Assembly: GCA_004764695.1 (NCBI GenBank)
Contig: SMSO01000037.1
Coordinates: 2,890,747-2,954,746 of the forward strand
Origin: Schizochytrium sp. TIO01
Lineage: Eukaryota > Protista > Bigyra: Labyrinthulomycetes
Length of the DNA stretch: 64,000 nt
Direction of reading: 5' to 3'
The notes beneath the pieces were generated by a model, which ran no database searches, had not been told where the DNA came from, and saw only the letters and a program-made list of their open reading frames with translations. Within the stretch, counting starts at the first letter, position 1. Each line of letters begins with the position of its first letter. Positions 54,001 to 64,000 of the stretch are shown here, piece after piece. Both the position numbers and the translations under genes were made by a program.

Positions 54001-56886
54001 ATGGCAAAATGGTCCCCGCATGTAGTCGAAGCTGCTGCACGACTATTGCGCAAATTTGTCCTACATGGGCAGCTTCACAGTTTCCCCGATGCTGATGTTG
54101 CTCGTGATCAGGGCATTTTGCTCATTCAGGAGTGGCGTCGCGTGCGAGAGCGAGCACCACGTTTGGCAGCCGTGTCTGACGCTTTTGTTACGTTGTTGGA
54201 CTCTGGTCACCTGAAATCTGTTGCTGCTCAATCCTACGCTCTGAAGATGCTGTCGCGTCATGGTGGCTCCAAAAACTTTCAACAATTTGGTTTTCGTGCT
54301 CTCCTTCGTCAAAATCTTGATGCTATGCTCAAGCATTACTACGAAGCAGTACTGCGGTCTTTTGACCCTCCCCGATGGGCAAATGACCAAACCTCTACTC
54401 TCTTCCAGGCATCGGGAAATGATCGTCACTTTTTCATGGTCAATATCGCATCGGCTGTATTGCATGCGCTGGATATCTCTGTCTCCGGTGAAAGTGAACT
54501 TGCGGCTGGCTTAAAACCACAAATGGCAGTCCTTGTCAGTTTGTTGTTCGTACACCCAGAGATGGAGATGCGCAAACTTGTGGCCTCGTGGGTTCCTCAT
54601 AGTGCATTCCTAGGTTTGCCTGATGAACGATTCACTCCTGCGCTTGTGTCAAACAAGCTGTCGGGTCTAGAACGAGCTGTGTTAGTGTCACAGTTTCTTG
54701 CTAAATACTGGGATGGATGTATTATTGATGAAATTGTGCAAGGTGCAGCAAAGGTGTCGCCATATCTGAACGAATACCATATAAGTTGCCTGCTTCATAT
54801 TCTTGCGCCATGGCTTGTGCACCAATACCCACAGGGCACCCGACAACCTCAACGGCTCATCACACGCCTTTTGCGGCTATGTACAAGACTTCCACCCGGT
54901 GGTGATGACCCGGCATGGCGGATTTGGCGCAGTATTAATTTGACCAAGGGCCTTGATGACACTGTGAGAACTCTTGTGGACTATCTAATTAAAACCCAGC
55001 CAGCAGAGCATCAGACTGCAGCCTTGGATGCAATCAGTACATTGTTCTCTCATGACATGCAACTCGGGAGTGATCCAGTTGACACCCTTTCTTCTTTGGT
55101 TAGATCTTTGCCGCCAATGACTTGGTCCTCCCCTGAAGAGTACTTGCATGAATCGATTAAAATTAAAGCCAGTGATGCTCGTGAGGGAACATTGGCAGGG
55201 TTGTCGCCACGAGCAGGCTCTCCACCGGAGCTTCGCACTGAGGCACAAATCAAGGATACACAGGCCGTCTTGCGCCTTGTAAATCGGGCACCATTTATTA
55301 CAAGAAACTTCAAAGCTGCCGATCTCGCACGAACGCTGTACGCAGTGTTCATCGAGGAGGGCGTGGACAAGCAGTTGAGCCTTAAAACTGTTCAAGCCAT
55401 CAATGAAGAGTTTGAGGTTGCACGACCAGCTGTGCTTTTACATTTTGAAAGCGAAGTTGTTAGGGAGGATCAAGAGGAGCCTGGATCGACTTATGAAGGC
55501 CTTAGTCGCACTATGTCTGATGGTGGCATGAGTGAACAAGGTCGTCAAAATATTGACGGCAGTGATAATAGAAATGGAGAATGGTTGTCCACGATTTCTT
55601 TTCATAGTCAGGAAACTATGAGCTGCCTTACCAAAACAATTGTGCACTGTCTCATCTACTGCAAGGAACCTATGAAACGTGTTCGCGCCTTCACATTGCT
55701 CCAAAGTGTTTCTACATCTCACCTTGATCATGAGTTTATTCATGACCTCGTACTCCGTATTGAGTCTCGGTGTACATATCTGTTAAAGCTTTTGGAATTT
55801 GGCAATGGCAATTCAGCTACTCATGCCCGTCTTGAAGCCTTGGAGCATCTTTTTATTCTTGCTGAATGGGTTGCATCCGCTCCAGATCTTGCAAGGAAGG
55901 AGCAGGAGGATTTGGTTATTATTGCTACCTGTGCATTGTCAATTCCGCTGGTTATTCGACCGAACCCCTTCGCGCGTATCCGCATTTCAGCTCTTAAGAT
56001 CCTCCAAAGTTTGGCTTCAATGCTGGAAAATTCACGAACAGATCGTATCTTACAGGAGCACCTTGTGACTTGCCTAGTTAATCAGGAAGTGGCTTCATTG
56101 TCTGCAGAGATTCTACTTGGCCAAGACTGCGCAAGAGGGGCGCTCGAGCCTGCGATTTTTGTATTGATAACTGGCGCAATCTGTCTAGTTCAGTATGGTG
56201 CACAGGCCAATAGCGTGAATGCCGAAAAGCAGGTGGGCCTGGCCAGTCAGTTAGTGAAGATGGTTACCCCTCATGTGAGCAAGCGCCCTGAGGTCAAAGG
56301 TTTGTTGGATCAACTTTCTGCGCGACTTATGGCTTTATTAGGTAACAAAGCATCTGCGATTCTTGCTCGTGCTCGAAGCAGCTCCTCTAGCTCTCAGTAT
56401 AGCCAAACAGAAGAAGAATCGTTAGCGTTGTTGGCAAAATCTGTGATCACAAGAGAGGCCTTTGTACAGAGTTTTGTGGTGGTTCTGTTGCGCGGTTCTG
56501 GTCTTTCTTCTGGCCAAGACCAAGGTTACCAAGCTGTTGTACAGTTTCTAGTGCAAATTCTCGAGGTTGGCAGTGAGACAATGGGTATGGGTGCTTTATT
56601 ATTTCTAAGTGAGTGCTTCAAACATCACGAAATATCTGTCCTCCTGCTTGAAGAGGACAATAGCTTGCTTGACATTGTTATGGATGGCCTGATTGTTGCG
56701 CTGGAAACCTGGCCAAAAGGTCGCCGCGTCCATATTCTTAATGTTATGGCCGGACTACGATTGAAGCCTACGTCTTCATTCGACTTCGTACATGCCGAGT
56801 CTAGCGAACAAAAATCAAAGCAGGATCGCTTAGTTCGTGGATTGGGTTTGTGCCGCGCTCAACTTGAAGCGAATCTCGATGTGTAA
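51007..56886 (+). CDS. Large alpha-solenoid protein, divergent Furry/Mor2/Tao3-like
   Basis: Single ORF of ~1960 aa from the ATG at 51007, with an acidic disordered N-terminus then Leu-rich helical repeats. Segments CIALIGRLSWFSLPRTLHNF, CLAFVQSIAKLL, VSQFLAKYW, LLHILAPWL and IWRSIN...TLVDYLI recall Furry-family blocks in the expected order. The CDS is secure but the family call is by eye. Confidence 0.6.
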   Translation: MMSHGDGVTRDSEDPPQLEDVNLDNDDHDVDEDQIENTTTHYDRPSLDSNVRPRNGSLIKETEDNVDQNGDSNDRFQERNSNNSCKDLRDAEDVDHEKGNSQSNSQSKSHSNTVAHSIKENGHMETADNNGGEDSEPIEVEEEISPLPAQQSRPHSPSAASTTSSVSTSTSSKKSLQAAVCRDPSLNDALLQLQLLLTAHIGRSFGIIWPSESVAAKLVEIGFPATRVNPLVSVTLRDIERGLDQVLNYLAFLLRDRTGTVVPMCKVLLRVREQAVMMDPETTKRGLRRTHQFASEKGLSMESLLFSTLNELLAGVSAAAVLEDINTKGEALVNSFVDISYEHFSKYQKTAEPLALEPCIALIGRLSWFSLPRTLHNFSARMNKVYFNASALEFVPFMQVLTNHVKFSLDRTSGCRAACLAFVQSIAKLLKTTSCAELIEEVFRCVVCMLARFRDEWKPQRLPRQGSSSSSSVYSSSSSVPSASANAISSGKNNGADDPFGPAYETIFGYAHSYASRGRYLPSSLNAMESMVSWQVLETPHLPLLSTQHDRLCSDLVKRIDNAETRISGLDHMQRYFKLLPRNCSYLGLDALFMLPKILFIDSAIPRAQEAALISALIVELGRCFPRIFDETMTRGLTNNKATSAQRAICLSALSKVLAFFPVPEEKSPLRGYTKFVVSLSGRDSPAVTVAEAVACFPMLGMHSEQMLQNCVDSAFGFDMTLVDAGRDALIRFCQHGDIYAEKAIMVTVESPSLKLICTMQHTKAPQDTPQILISVITLERVLCAALDKGFSSAELIAEAGASLLLASTYPDAKVQARANLALDRIGLIRDPNNENPCLRRALDKLLLGLLGASGSADSCGGARVQELNRMLARKPGFCDFVVWWRNQCTLICAAEVQHSNKPSFVRSLVHEYLTATNNRLQSAALISLAHLKDCHDVIEKKIAMQSLQARNEIYNGLFIRLMAALRETYYGGPLERRIHQMVRTWIQSSNDEIARLHMAKWSPHVVEAAARLLRKFVLHGQLHSFPDADVARDQGILLIQEWRRVRERAPRLAAVSDAFVTLLDSGHLKSVAAQSYALKMLSRHGGSKNFQQFGFRALLRQNLDAMLKHYYEAVLRSFDPPRWANDQTSTLFQASGNDRHFFMVNIASAVLHALDISVSGESELAAGLKPQMAVLVSLLFVHPEMEMRKLVASWVPHSAFLGLPDERFTPALVSNKLSGLERAVLVSQFLAKYWDGCIIDEIVQGAAKVSPYLNEYHISCLLHILAPWLVHQYPQGTRQPQRLITRLLRLCTRLPPGGDDPAWRIWRSINLTKGLDDTVRTLVDYLIKTQPAEHQTAALDAISTLFSHDMQLGSDPVDTLSSLVRSLPPMTWSSPEEYLHESIKIKASDAREGTLAGLSPRAGSPPELRTEAQIKDTQAVLRLVNRAPFITRNFKAADLARTLYAVFIEEGVDKQLSLKTVQAINEEFEVARPAVLLHFESEVVREDQEEPGSTYEGLSRTMSDGGMSEQGRQNIDGSDNRNGEWLSTISFHSQETMSCLTKTIVHCLIYCKEPMKRVRAFTLLQSVSTSHLDHEFIHDLVLRIESRCTYLLKLLEFGNGNSATHARLEALEHLFILAEWVASAPDLARKEQEDLVIIATCALSIPLVIRPNPFARIRISALKILQSLASMLENSRTDRILQEHLVTCLVNQEVASLSAEILLGQDCARGALEPAIFVLITGAICLVQYGAQANSVNAEKQVGLASQLVKMVTPHVSKRPEVKGLLDQLSARLMALLGNKASAILARARSSSSSSQYSQTEEESLALLAKSVITREAFVQSFVVVLLRGSGLSSGQDQGYQAVVQFLVQILEVGSETMGMGALLFLSECFKHHEISVLLLEEDNSLLDIVMDGLIVALETWPKGRRVHILNVMAGLRLKPTSSFDFVHAESSEQKSKQDRLVRGLGLCRAQLEANLDV

Positions 56887-57409
56887 GAATAAAATATAGT
56901 CCAAGTATCGTGAACTCTTATTGGATATTCACCTTCGTCGATATATACATCCTCGTGCTAAAATGTCATGTTTCATGTTCCTGTCTTTTGTTTGGTTTTC
57001 TTCCAGCATAGTTCTTTATGCTGCCTTATATTTCCCGTTCTGACTTAACACGGTGATGGGCAAAATATATACGAATAGCGAAACAAAGAAGCCAAAGTAT
57101 GCGCCAAATCACTGGAGTTCTGTTGGCGAGACCACGATTGCTCCTTCTCTTCTACTCATGCCAGCATCAGAGTACGCTGTGAAAAAAATCTTTTGTAATC
57201 ACGTCCAGAGAAACTGATCGATTTTGCTTTTTGTCAAATTTAATTGAATTACACCATGAATTCATTATTACTTAATACTTTCCTATGAGATAAGATTCTG
57301 TTAAGATACATGCGAAAGAAACTTGTTTTGATGATGGTGAAGGAGGTGCTTTTGAAACGACCTTCCCTTTATATACCAATAATATGATTTTTGTACTGGT
57401 TGCGCAGCA

Positions 57410-58321
57410 TCAGTGAAGCTGTTGTTGGTGTTGTAGGGTCTGAAGCCAAGGGACAGCTAGTGGGGAGGGTGTAATTTGCATATGAATTGCATTTTGCAAA
57501 AAATCTGGCAGAGGCAAGGACGAAAGCATCGACTGGGTTGGCAAAGCTTGTACAGGAGGATAAGATTCCACATGACGACGCTTAGCAATGCTGCGAGGCG
57601 AGGTGTTGGAGCTGAGCTGCTTGGCTCCGTCAGCGTCAGACTCGGTGGCATCTGAAGAGAGGTCATCAGAAGTTGAAGACGAGATACTCAATTCACGCGA
57701 AGCACGCTTTCGCTTCTGTTTCATTGCTGAAAATTTTGCGTCAAGTAAGTCCATCACCGCTGGCCCCTCTTTCCGGACAACACCGATTTCACGCAAAATA
57801 TAATCTACAGACTGTACCCATTCTCTCACCTGACGAATCGCGTACATTTTCCCAGCCTGGCCATAGGGTCCTCGGAGAGCAATTGTGGCTATGAGGTCTC
57901 GATCTGGTGTTTCTGCTGTGTAGTTGGCACAAAGTCTTGTACAGAGATGCTCGAGCTTCTCACGGTTAAGTTTGCTCAAATCCTGCAGGTTGGGAAAGTC
58001 TTCCGAAATTGAGTTCGCCTGGGTCGGCGTTGTAATAGGAAACTGTGATGCTGATGAAGGAACAATGGTCTTTTGCATTGGCGCTGTGAGTTGGATCGCT
58101 TGATCAGATTGCGTGCTTGCTCCTTGCAGTAGGTTCTGGTTCTGGTGTTGATTAAATTGTTGCTGCATAAAGGCGAGTAGTTGCTCGGTAGCCGAAGGTG
58201 CACTAGGAGGAGGAGGTGGAGGAGGAGGAGTGTCCATAATTTTCTTCTTTTTCAGAACCTTGCGTTTAGTGTTCGTGTTTCGCCTGTGTACGTTCTGCAC
58301 GCAATCTGCAAGCTCGACCAT
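57410..58321 (-). CDS. Hypothetical Pro/Gln/Ser-rich protein, probably nuclear
   Basis: 303-aa ATG-initiated ORF. Basic clusters KRKVLKKKK and KQKRKR, polyP, and a central helical segment LSKLNREKLEHLCTRL...RDLIATI (SAP/HeH-like). Confidence 0.7.
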   Translation of the reverse strand: MVELADCVQNVHRRNTNTKRKVLKKKKIMDTPPPPPPPPSAPSATEQLLAFMQQQFNQHQNQNLLQGASTQSDQAIQLTAPMQKTIVPSSASQFPITTPTQANSISEDFPNLQDLSKLNREKLEHLCTRLCANYTAETPDRDLIATIALRGPYGQAGKMYAIRQVREWVQSVDYILREIGVVRKEGPAVMDLLDAKFSAMKQKRKRASRELSISSSTSDDLSSDATESDADGAKQLSSNTSPRSIAKRRHVESYPPVQALPTQSMLSSLPLPDFLQNAIHMQITPSPLAVPWLQTLQHQQQLH

Positions 58322-59236
58322 TGCCGTCGTGGTTCTCCTCTCTTCTTGAAATAAGTAACCAGGCTGAGACCTAGCTAGCTAGCTAATTGCCTTGCTGCTG
58401 CTTCAGTGTGGGCTCAGCTGACTTTTCCTTAGTCGCCACTACTTTGGATAGATAAACCTCACGGGCTGCCCTAGGTCTCAGTAGTTATAGTTCTGCTTGC
58501 AGAACTGGTCCTTCTTCACTCCAATGATGCGTTATTGGCTGCAAATGACGCAGATATTTATTTTTTTCTATCCCTGTTGTTTTCCTCGAATTTCTATCAA
58601 CCGCGCAGTTTCTGTATGCTCTGTAAGACCCCGCTGTCCGTAAGACCTTCTACGGGATACTCTTATAGTTTCCTCTACCTAGCTATCCGGTAGTCGTCGC
58701 GTGCACTAGTCCCCACAATTACCAATTCACCTTTTGCACCAAAATGAAGCAACACAACGCAATGCGACACAATGCAAGGCACGCCCTTTTAAGTAGTTCG
58801 CCACGTTGCGATAGTCCTCGTCGAATCTGCTGCGGTCGTTCGATTGGATCGATTCCCGAAGATGAACGCAGCAGAATGAATGTGTCCTACCAAAACAACT
58901 AGAGCAAGGTTTCTTAGGAATTTAGAGCCTTAGCTCGCAATTCCTTCTCTCGTCGACAGCAATCTTGATGGACGCTGCCTTCGCTCTCCAAGTTATCGCC
59001 ACTTGCTTGCTCAGCAAGCATTCACCAATAAACGGAGCTCTAGCTGGCAACTCCCGCACAGCCAAGCTCTAAGGTCTCGTCGATATCGAGCTCACTTCTT
59101 CTGCAGCTGCTGTCGCTACTTGTACAGCTTTTTCTCTCTTGCGCAGATGCCGTTTGAGAAAGGTCGCAGCACTTGAAGGTCTTGTGCTTCTCGATCAAGA
59201 TCCAGCTATTACCTTCGCCGTCGCTGGTGTGCTTCC

Positions 59237-59289
59237 GTTGTTGTTGCTGTTGTTGTTGCTGTTGCTGCTGCTGTTGCTGATGCTGTTGC
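59237..59289. repeat. (TTG/CTG)n trinucleotide repeat
   Basis: Seen directly. It reads as CAA/CAG on the minus strand. Confidence 0.85.
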
Positions 59290-62200
59290 GTTCGCGTTTG
59301 AGGTTTGGTTTTTGCTTGAGGATCGTGAATTGGTTTCAGGTCTGCTGCCAGCGTAGGATCTGGTTAATTGGCCGTAGGTCATCTCTATCGTCGTCGCTGC
59401 TGATTTCGATTACTGTCCTAAGACTCGCGGTTCTTGGTTTCTACGATAGTTTACGATTCAACGTGGATGGATCGTCGATCAGTTGCGATTTCTTCTTCTT
59501 TCTTTCCCTTTAACTTCTGTAACATTTTGGTAATGGAACATAGCGCTTGAAACTGTGGGTAGCACAGCTTGTACTTGAGTGTTTAAGACGAAAGAAAGAA
59601 CTTTTACTTGCTGGCGTAGTTGTTTTACTTCGACCATCATTTTTTATTATCCATTACTTTTTAATTTTGATTAATTTTAAATTTAAAATTAAAAGAGTAT
59701 AATAAAAGAGGATAAACATGCAAGTCTTAAGTTTCTAGAGAGAGAGAGAGAAACCTTTAAAAGATTTTGTGAAAGAAAAGAAAAGAAAAGAAAAAGGAAA
59801 AAAAAAAATGCCTGATAATTACAAAAGAAGAAAGAAAGAAAGAAAGTGGGTAGCCTATCGATTGCTTGCGATTGCAATACCTCCCTTCTTCAAGCTTGAA
59901 GCGCAAACAGTCGATGCATTGAGGGTTCGCCACCTTCACCTTTCGCAAGTGTACCCAGCTTACGCACAATTACTCAGAGATTCTCAGACTATTTCGTGCC
60001 ACGCTGGCGTCTCCAAACTTCTTATTCGAGCTTCGCAAGTACACTCAGAACCTGTGGAACGAGTTATGAATTCTTCATCCGAGTCAAAAGATTACCAAAT
60101 GTGAAACATGAGGTATTACAATGATGTAAGGCATCCAAGCTTTGCATCCTTTCGAATCAACATTACGAAATGATTGCGCGGGAGAGACGAACCATTGAGT
60201 AATGAATGAATTTGAAGACGCCCCACAAATCAAAAGGTAAACTCTTTCAGGCCTTAAATCTAGTTTTAAATAGCTTAAGCTATAAGACTATGGTTTCGAG
60301 AGGAGCTAACGTTGTTGCTTTCATTCGTGCTTCTCCTGACATCGCCTGCCCCTGCTCGCAACTGATCATACATTATACATTGAATTTGATTAGTCATTAA
60401 TTAAAAATAATAACAAATAGTCCTACTTCAGAATTCTTTTTTTAAAAACAAATATTATAATGACGTTTTCCAAAATCTTTACAACAAAGGAAAGAAAGAT
60501 AATATGCCTCTTCAAGAAGTTTCATCAAATTGCCGGAAGAAAAGTATCCGCGTAATCGATATTCGTTAAAGAGTGGAGTTGAGTTGAGTTGAGTTGGGTT
60601 GGGTTGAGTTAGGTATAGTTAACGCATCAACCAAGCTCAAATTCGTAAGTAAGCCTCGCAATAAGAAGCTGGCCAAATAAGCTGCAAAAGCCCGTCAACG
60701 ATGGCGGAGGCTGCTTTGCACTCTACGCCATGGAAGTTACATGAAAGGCCACCCCGAGCATCTTCCTTGCGTTTTGTGAGTCCTCAGAGTGTCTATGACA
60801 AGATTGAAATAGGTAGCTAGCTAGCTAGGGAGGGATGATCTTGGAAAGTATAAAAGAGTACTGGGTACTAGTCAGTTTTCTTGTTTTGGAAAGAATGAGC
60901 TCTTCGTAAACAACTCGAGCTAGCTCCGTTATGAACAGATAACTACGCCCTTGAGAGTAGAGTTTGGTTCTGGTTTTGACATCTGTATTGATTGGTATTG
61001 ATGTTGTTATTGTTCTCGCTGCCTATGGTGCCTTTCGAGGTGATCGAACGACCTCCCAGAAAGGCCGCATCTAAATTGAAGAACTGCGAAGGCCTTCTTC
61101 ACGAGGCAATCAGCTGATCCAGAATGGTTTGCATGCCTCTATATCATAATGCAGAAAGGAGCTTTAGCAGGTGCCGTCGCATCGAAGAGAGAAGAAACTA
61201 GTCCTCACTTCTTCAAAATGCGAGTCTATATCACGCTGCAGGGAAGTAATTGGAGCACGGCATACGCGTACGACCTTGGCCATGGCAGTATCGATAGATT
61301 GAGCCATTTCGTCATGGTCAATTGCATAACACATCAAGGGCGTCTGACAAGCCAGGGAAAGCTAGTGCTTCTCGCGTTTTCACCAGCTGGCAGCATTTTT
61401 AGTTTCACGGGGGCTATTAATTGCGCAATTTCAACAGGTTGGTGCTCTAGATCAGTGGTCTATCGCACGCACGCACACACATACACATACACACCTCCAT
61501 GAAAACCCGTGCTCCCGCGATTACGATTTCAACCAACTTTTTAAAAGCAAGAGAGGGAAAGCTCCTGCAGAAGAGAAGCAAAATCAGAGAGGGATAATCG
61601 CATTCTGCAGTCGATGGACTTCGATCTCGTCCATGTGATAGATCACTTCGGAACTGATTGCGCAGGTCGACTGATCCAATGCCACATAGTATCGAGGTAT
61701 GCATTACGAACCACGTGCCATAAAATTGCCTCCACCACAGTAGTATTTTTGTAAATTGAAAAAAGAAAGAAAGAAAAGAAAAGAAGAAGAAAAGAAACCT
61801 TTAAAGAAAGAAATATAAAACATTAACAAAAAACAATAACTCAAGTGAGAATGAAGAAAGATAAAAACTTGGAAATTCTTCAGGCCATCGTGGATTGAGA
61901 GCGTGGCAAATACAACGTGCCATGACGGCGGATACTCTCAGGCATCCTCCGTGCGGTTCCCAGCCATCAGGAGCCTCATGCTCAGGCCAAGCTTCGCAAA
62001 TGCTCGTCCGTGAATCCTCTTAAGTAAGATCTTCGTTTATGACCGGTCACTAAGTCAGTCTCTCTCTCTCTCTCTCTCTCTGTACCTTTAGGCTTTTAGA
62101 AGACATCGCCAGGAACTCGAGCTTGGAGCGCGCAATTTGCCATTCCAAGGCCACGCCTCGAAGGCCGTGGCATGCGAAGCTCGGCGAGGAGCCCATCGCC

Positions 62201-62782
62201 TCCACTCTCTCCGCAGAGCTCCGTCCTCTGCCAGAGCCTGGCGAGGGCTACGTCGCTGGGCGGCGCTGCATCGTGATAAGGCAGCAGCCATCCTGATGAT
62301 GTGGCCAGCCATCCATCCAGCCAGCCATTCAAGCGAGAGAGCGTACAAGCGCACACGCGTGCCCGCACGCACAGGCAGGCAGGCGGGCATGCAGGCAGAC
62401 TAGCTAGGCCTCCCTCCCACTCGCAAGGGCGCGGCGAGGCGCCTGGTCTGCTTGGGTTCGAAGAGGGTATTCATTTCATTTCCTGCAAAGGGCCAAAACG
62501 AAGGGGACTCAAACAGTGAATTGAATTGGAAGAGAGAGAAAGAGGCGCTTCGATATGGGATCCGTTCATTATTTCTTATTCGTTGCCCGTGGAAGAAGAA
62601 TGGCGATTACAGTGAGGGGTACTTACTTACTCGGAAAAGACTGCCGTCGCCAGGCTCTGCGCGACATTTCCTGGCATCTCGATGCTTTCCCGACTGCACT
62701 CGCAGTCTAATGCCTCGGAAAGGCCGGTTTTGGCGAGGCCTCGAACCGAATTGCGCTAACTTTGGATAGCGATGGTCCCCAA

Positions 62783-62792
62783 ATATATATAC

Positions 62793-62846
<54 letters not shown>
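62783..62846. repeat. Compound (AT)n(AG)n microsatellite
   Basis: Seen directly. Confidence 0.95.
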
Positions 62847-62849
<3 letters not shown>

Positions 62850-62953
62850 GAAACAAAAGAACACAAAGAACAGAAAGTAGAAAAGAAAGAATAATTAATA
62901 TGGCTATCGACCTACGAAAAACGTTGATTGAATCTGCTCACCACAAAAGAGTC

Positions 62954-63010
62954 AATGAATGAATGAATGAATAGAATAAATGAATGAATGAATGAATGAA
63001 TGAATGAATG
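62954..63010. repeat. (GAAT)n microsatellite; a further copy lies at ~63701-63742
   Basis: Seen directly. Confidence 0.9.
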
Positions 63011-64000
63011 AGTGAGAAGCCGCGATGTTTCTAATCAGGCGGTGCTCACGGACTTCAACTCAAAAGAACGCAGCGAATCAAGGACAGTCAATCAATCCCA
63101 GCGCTTTCCGAATCAGACGAGACGAGCCCAATCTCCTTCTGCAACGCAGTAATGGAAACCACGTTCCACCTTCTCGTGTCCAAGTCCTTTCCCTTTCTTT
63201 CCGTTTCGTCGTTCATAGCGTAACCATTTTTGAGTGAGCTTATGAATGAAAAAAAAATGAAATCGTCGCTGCTCATTGCTTATTTCTGAAGGACACCACA
63301 AAAAGAACGATCTAAAAGAACACGCTTGAAAAGAGCGGCAGCCTCGCTAGCCATCGCTACCGCCATCGCTAAGAGAAAGCAGATCCGTCTGATCCAATTT
63401 AAACTACGATTGATCGAATTTGGCTCGACGGGACCATTCGCGGTACCCTCAGCTCTCGCTGTGGGGCCTTCTATAACTCATTATGTGGCGTCAGGAAAGC
63501 AGTACTGGCCCCACAGCAGTGGGGCCTCGAGTCCCCCGACTGAGGGGCCGCGAACAGCCGCCAGTCCATGGCTTATCTATTTATCTATTTGTTTACTTAT
63601 TTACTTAAAAAAGAAAAATATGTTTTATGTAAAGTACGTAAAGTGAATGAGTGAGAGAGTAGTTTCTTATTTTCGTACATAATAAACAAAAGCAATAACT
63701 TGAATGAATGAATGAATGAATGAATGAATGAATGACTGAATGATATTACCCGAATGAGCGAAAACCAAACTTGCCCATAACTTTAGAAAGGACAAGAAGA
63801 GAGGTCTCTGCGGACGCTCGCCTGCGCTACGATCTCAGGTGAGGTGAAAGGGTGTGTGAGTGAGTGAGTGAATATCAGTTCGTCGACGGCGCAATCGTCG
63901 GAGTCCGCGCCTCAGACAGGACCTTTGAGGACGGACGCTAGCCTGCACAGGACAAGCAAGTTCTGCGCCCTCGTTCCTCTTATTTGCTGCTTTTTCTGCA

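Noticed and set aside
59139-59513. Plus-strand poly-Leu ORF resembling a signal or TM protein
   Set aside because: The poly-Leu is the antisense reading of a CAA/CAG repeat, and the start is TTG.
62430-62470. GGTTCGAA as a tRNA or SINE B-box
   Set aside because: No cloverleaf, no A-box at the proper spacing, and an incomplete B-box consensus.

Overview
Eukaryotic, intron-poor genomic window. Long single-exon genes are separated by AT-rich spacers full of microsatellites ((GAAT)n, (CAAT)n, (TAGG)n, (AG)n). The overall style suggests a thraustochytrid/labyrinthulomycete or related stramenopile, which is an inference only. Recognisable genes: mitochondrial glycine C-acetyltransferase (GCAT/kbl), an O-fucosyltransferase-family type II membrane protein, a short HAUS1-like augmin subunit, a three-exon ERG28-like gene not resolved by the ORF track, topoisomerase III alpha with an expanded zinc-finger tail, two secreted formylglycine-type sulfatases, an SLC49/FLVCR-type MFS transporter, a lipid-anchored protein of repeated SH3/KOW-like modules, and a divergent Furry/Mor2/Tao3-like scaffold. 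The standout is a ~1960-aa single-ORF chimera at 20788-26667 (-). It joins a complete three-domain multicopper oxidase, via a Thr/Pro stalk, to a polycystin-1-like body (REJ, GAIN/GPS, about 5 TM helices) that lacks PLAT and the channel domain. Its T1 copper axial ligand is Ala and its GPS cleavage motif is degenerate. This suggests a receptor-tethered oxidase or redox sensor. Several large spacers seem to hold decayed coding relics. No rRNA, tRNA, CRISPR array or intact transposon was found.
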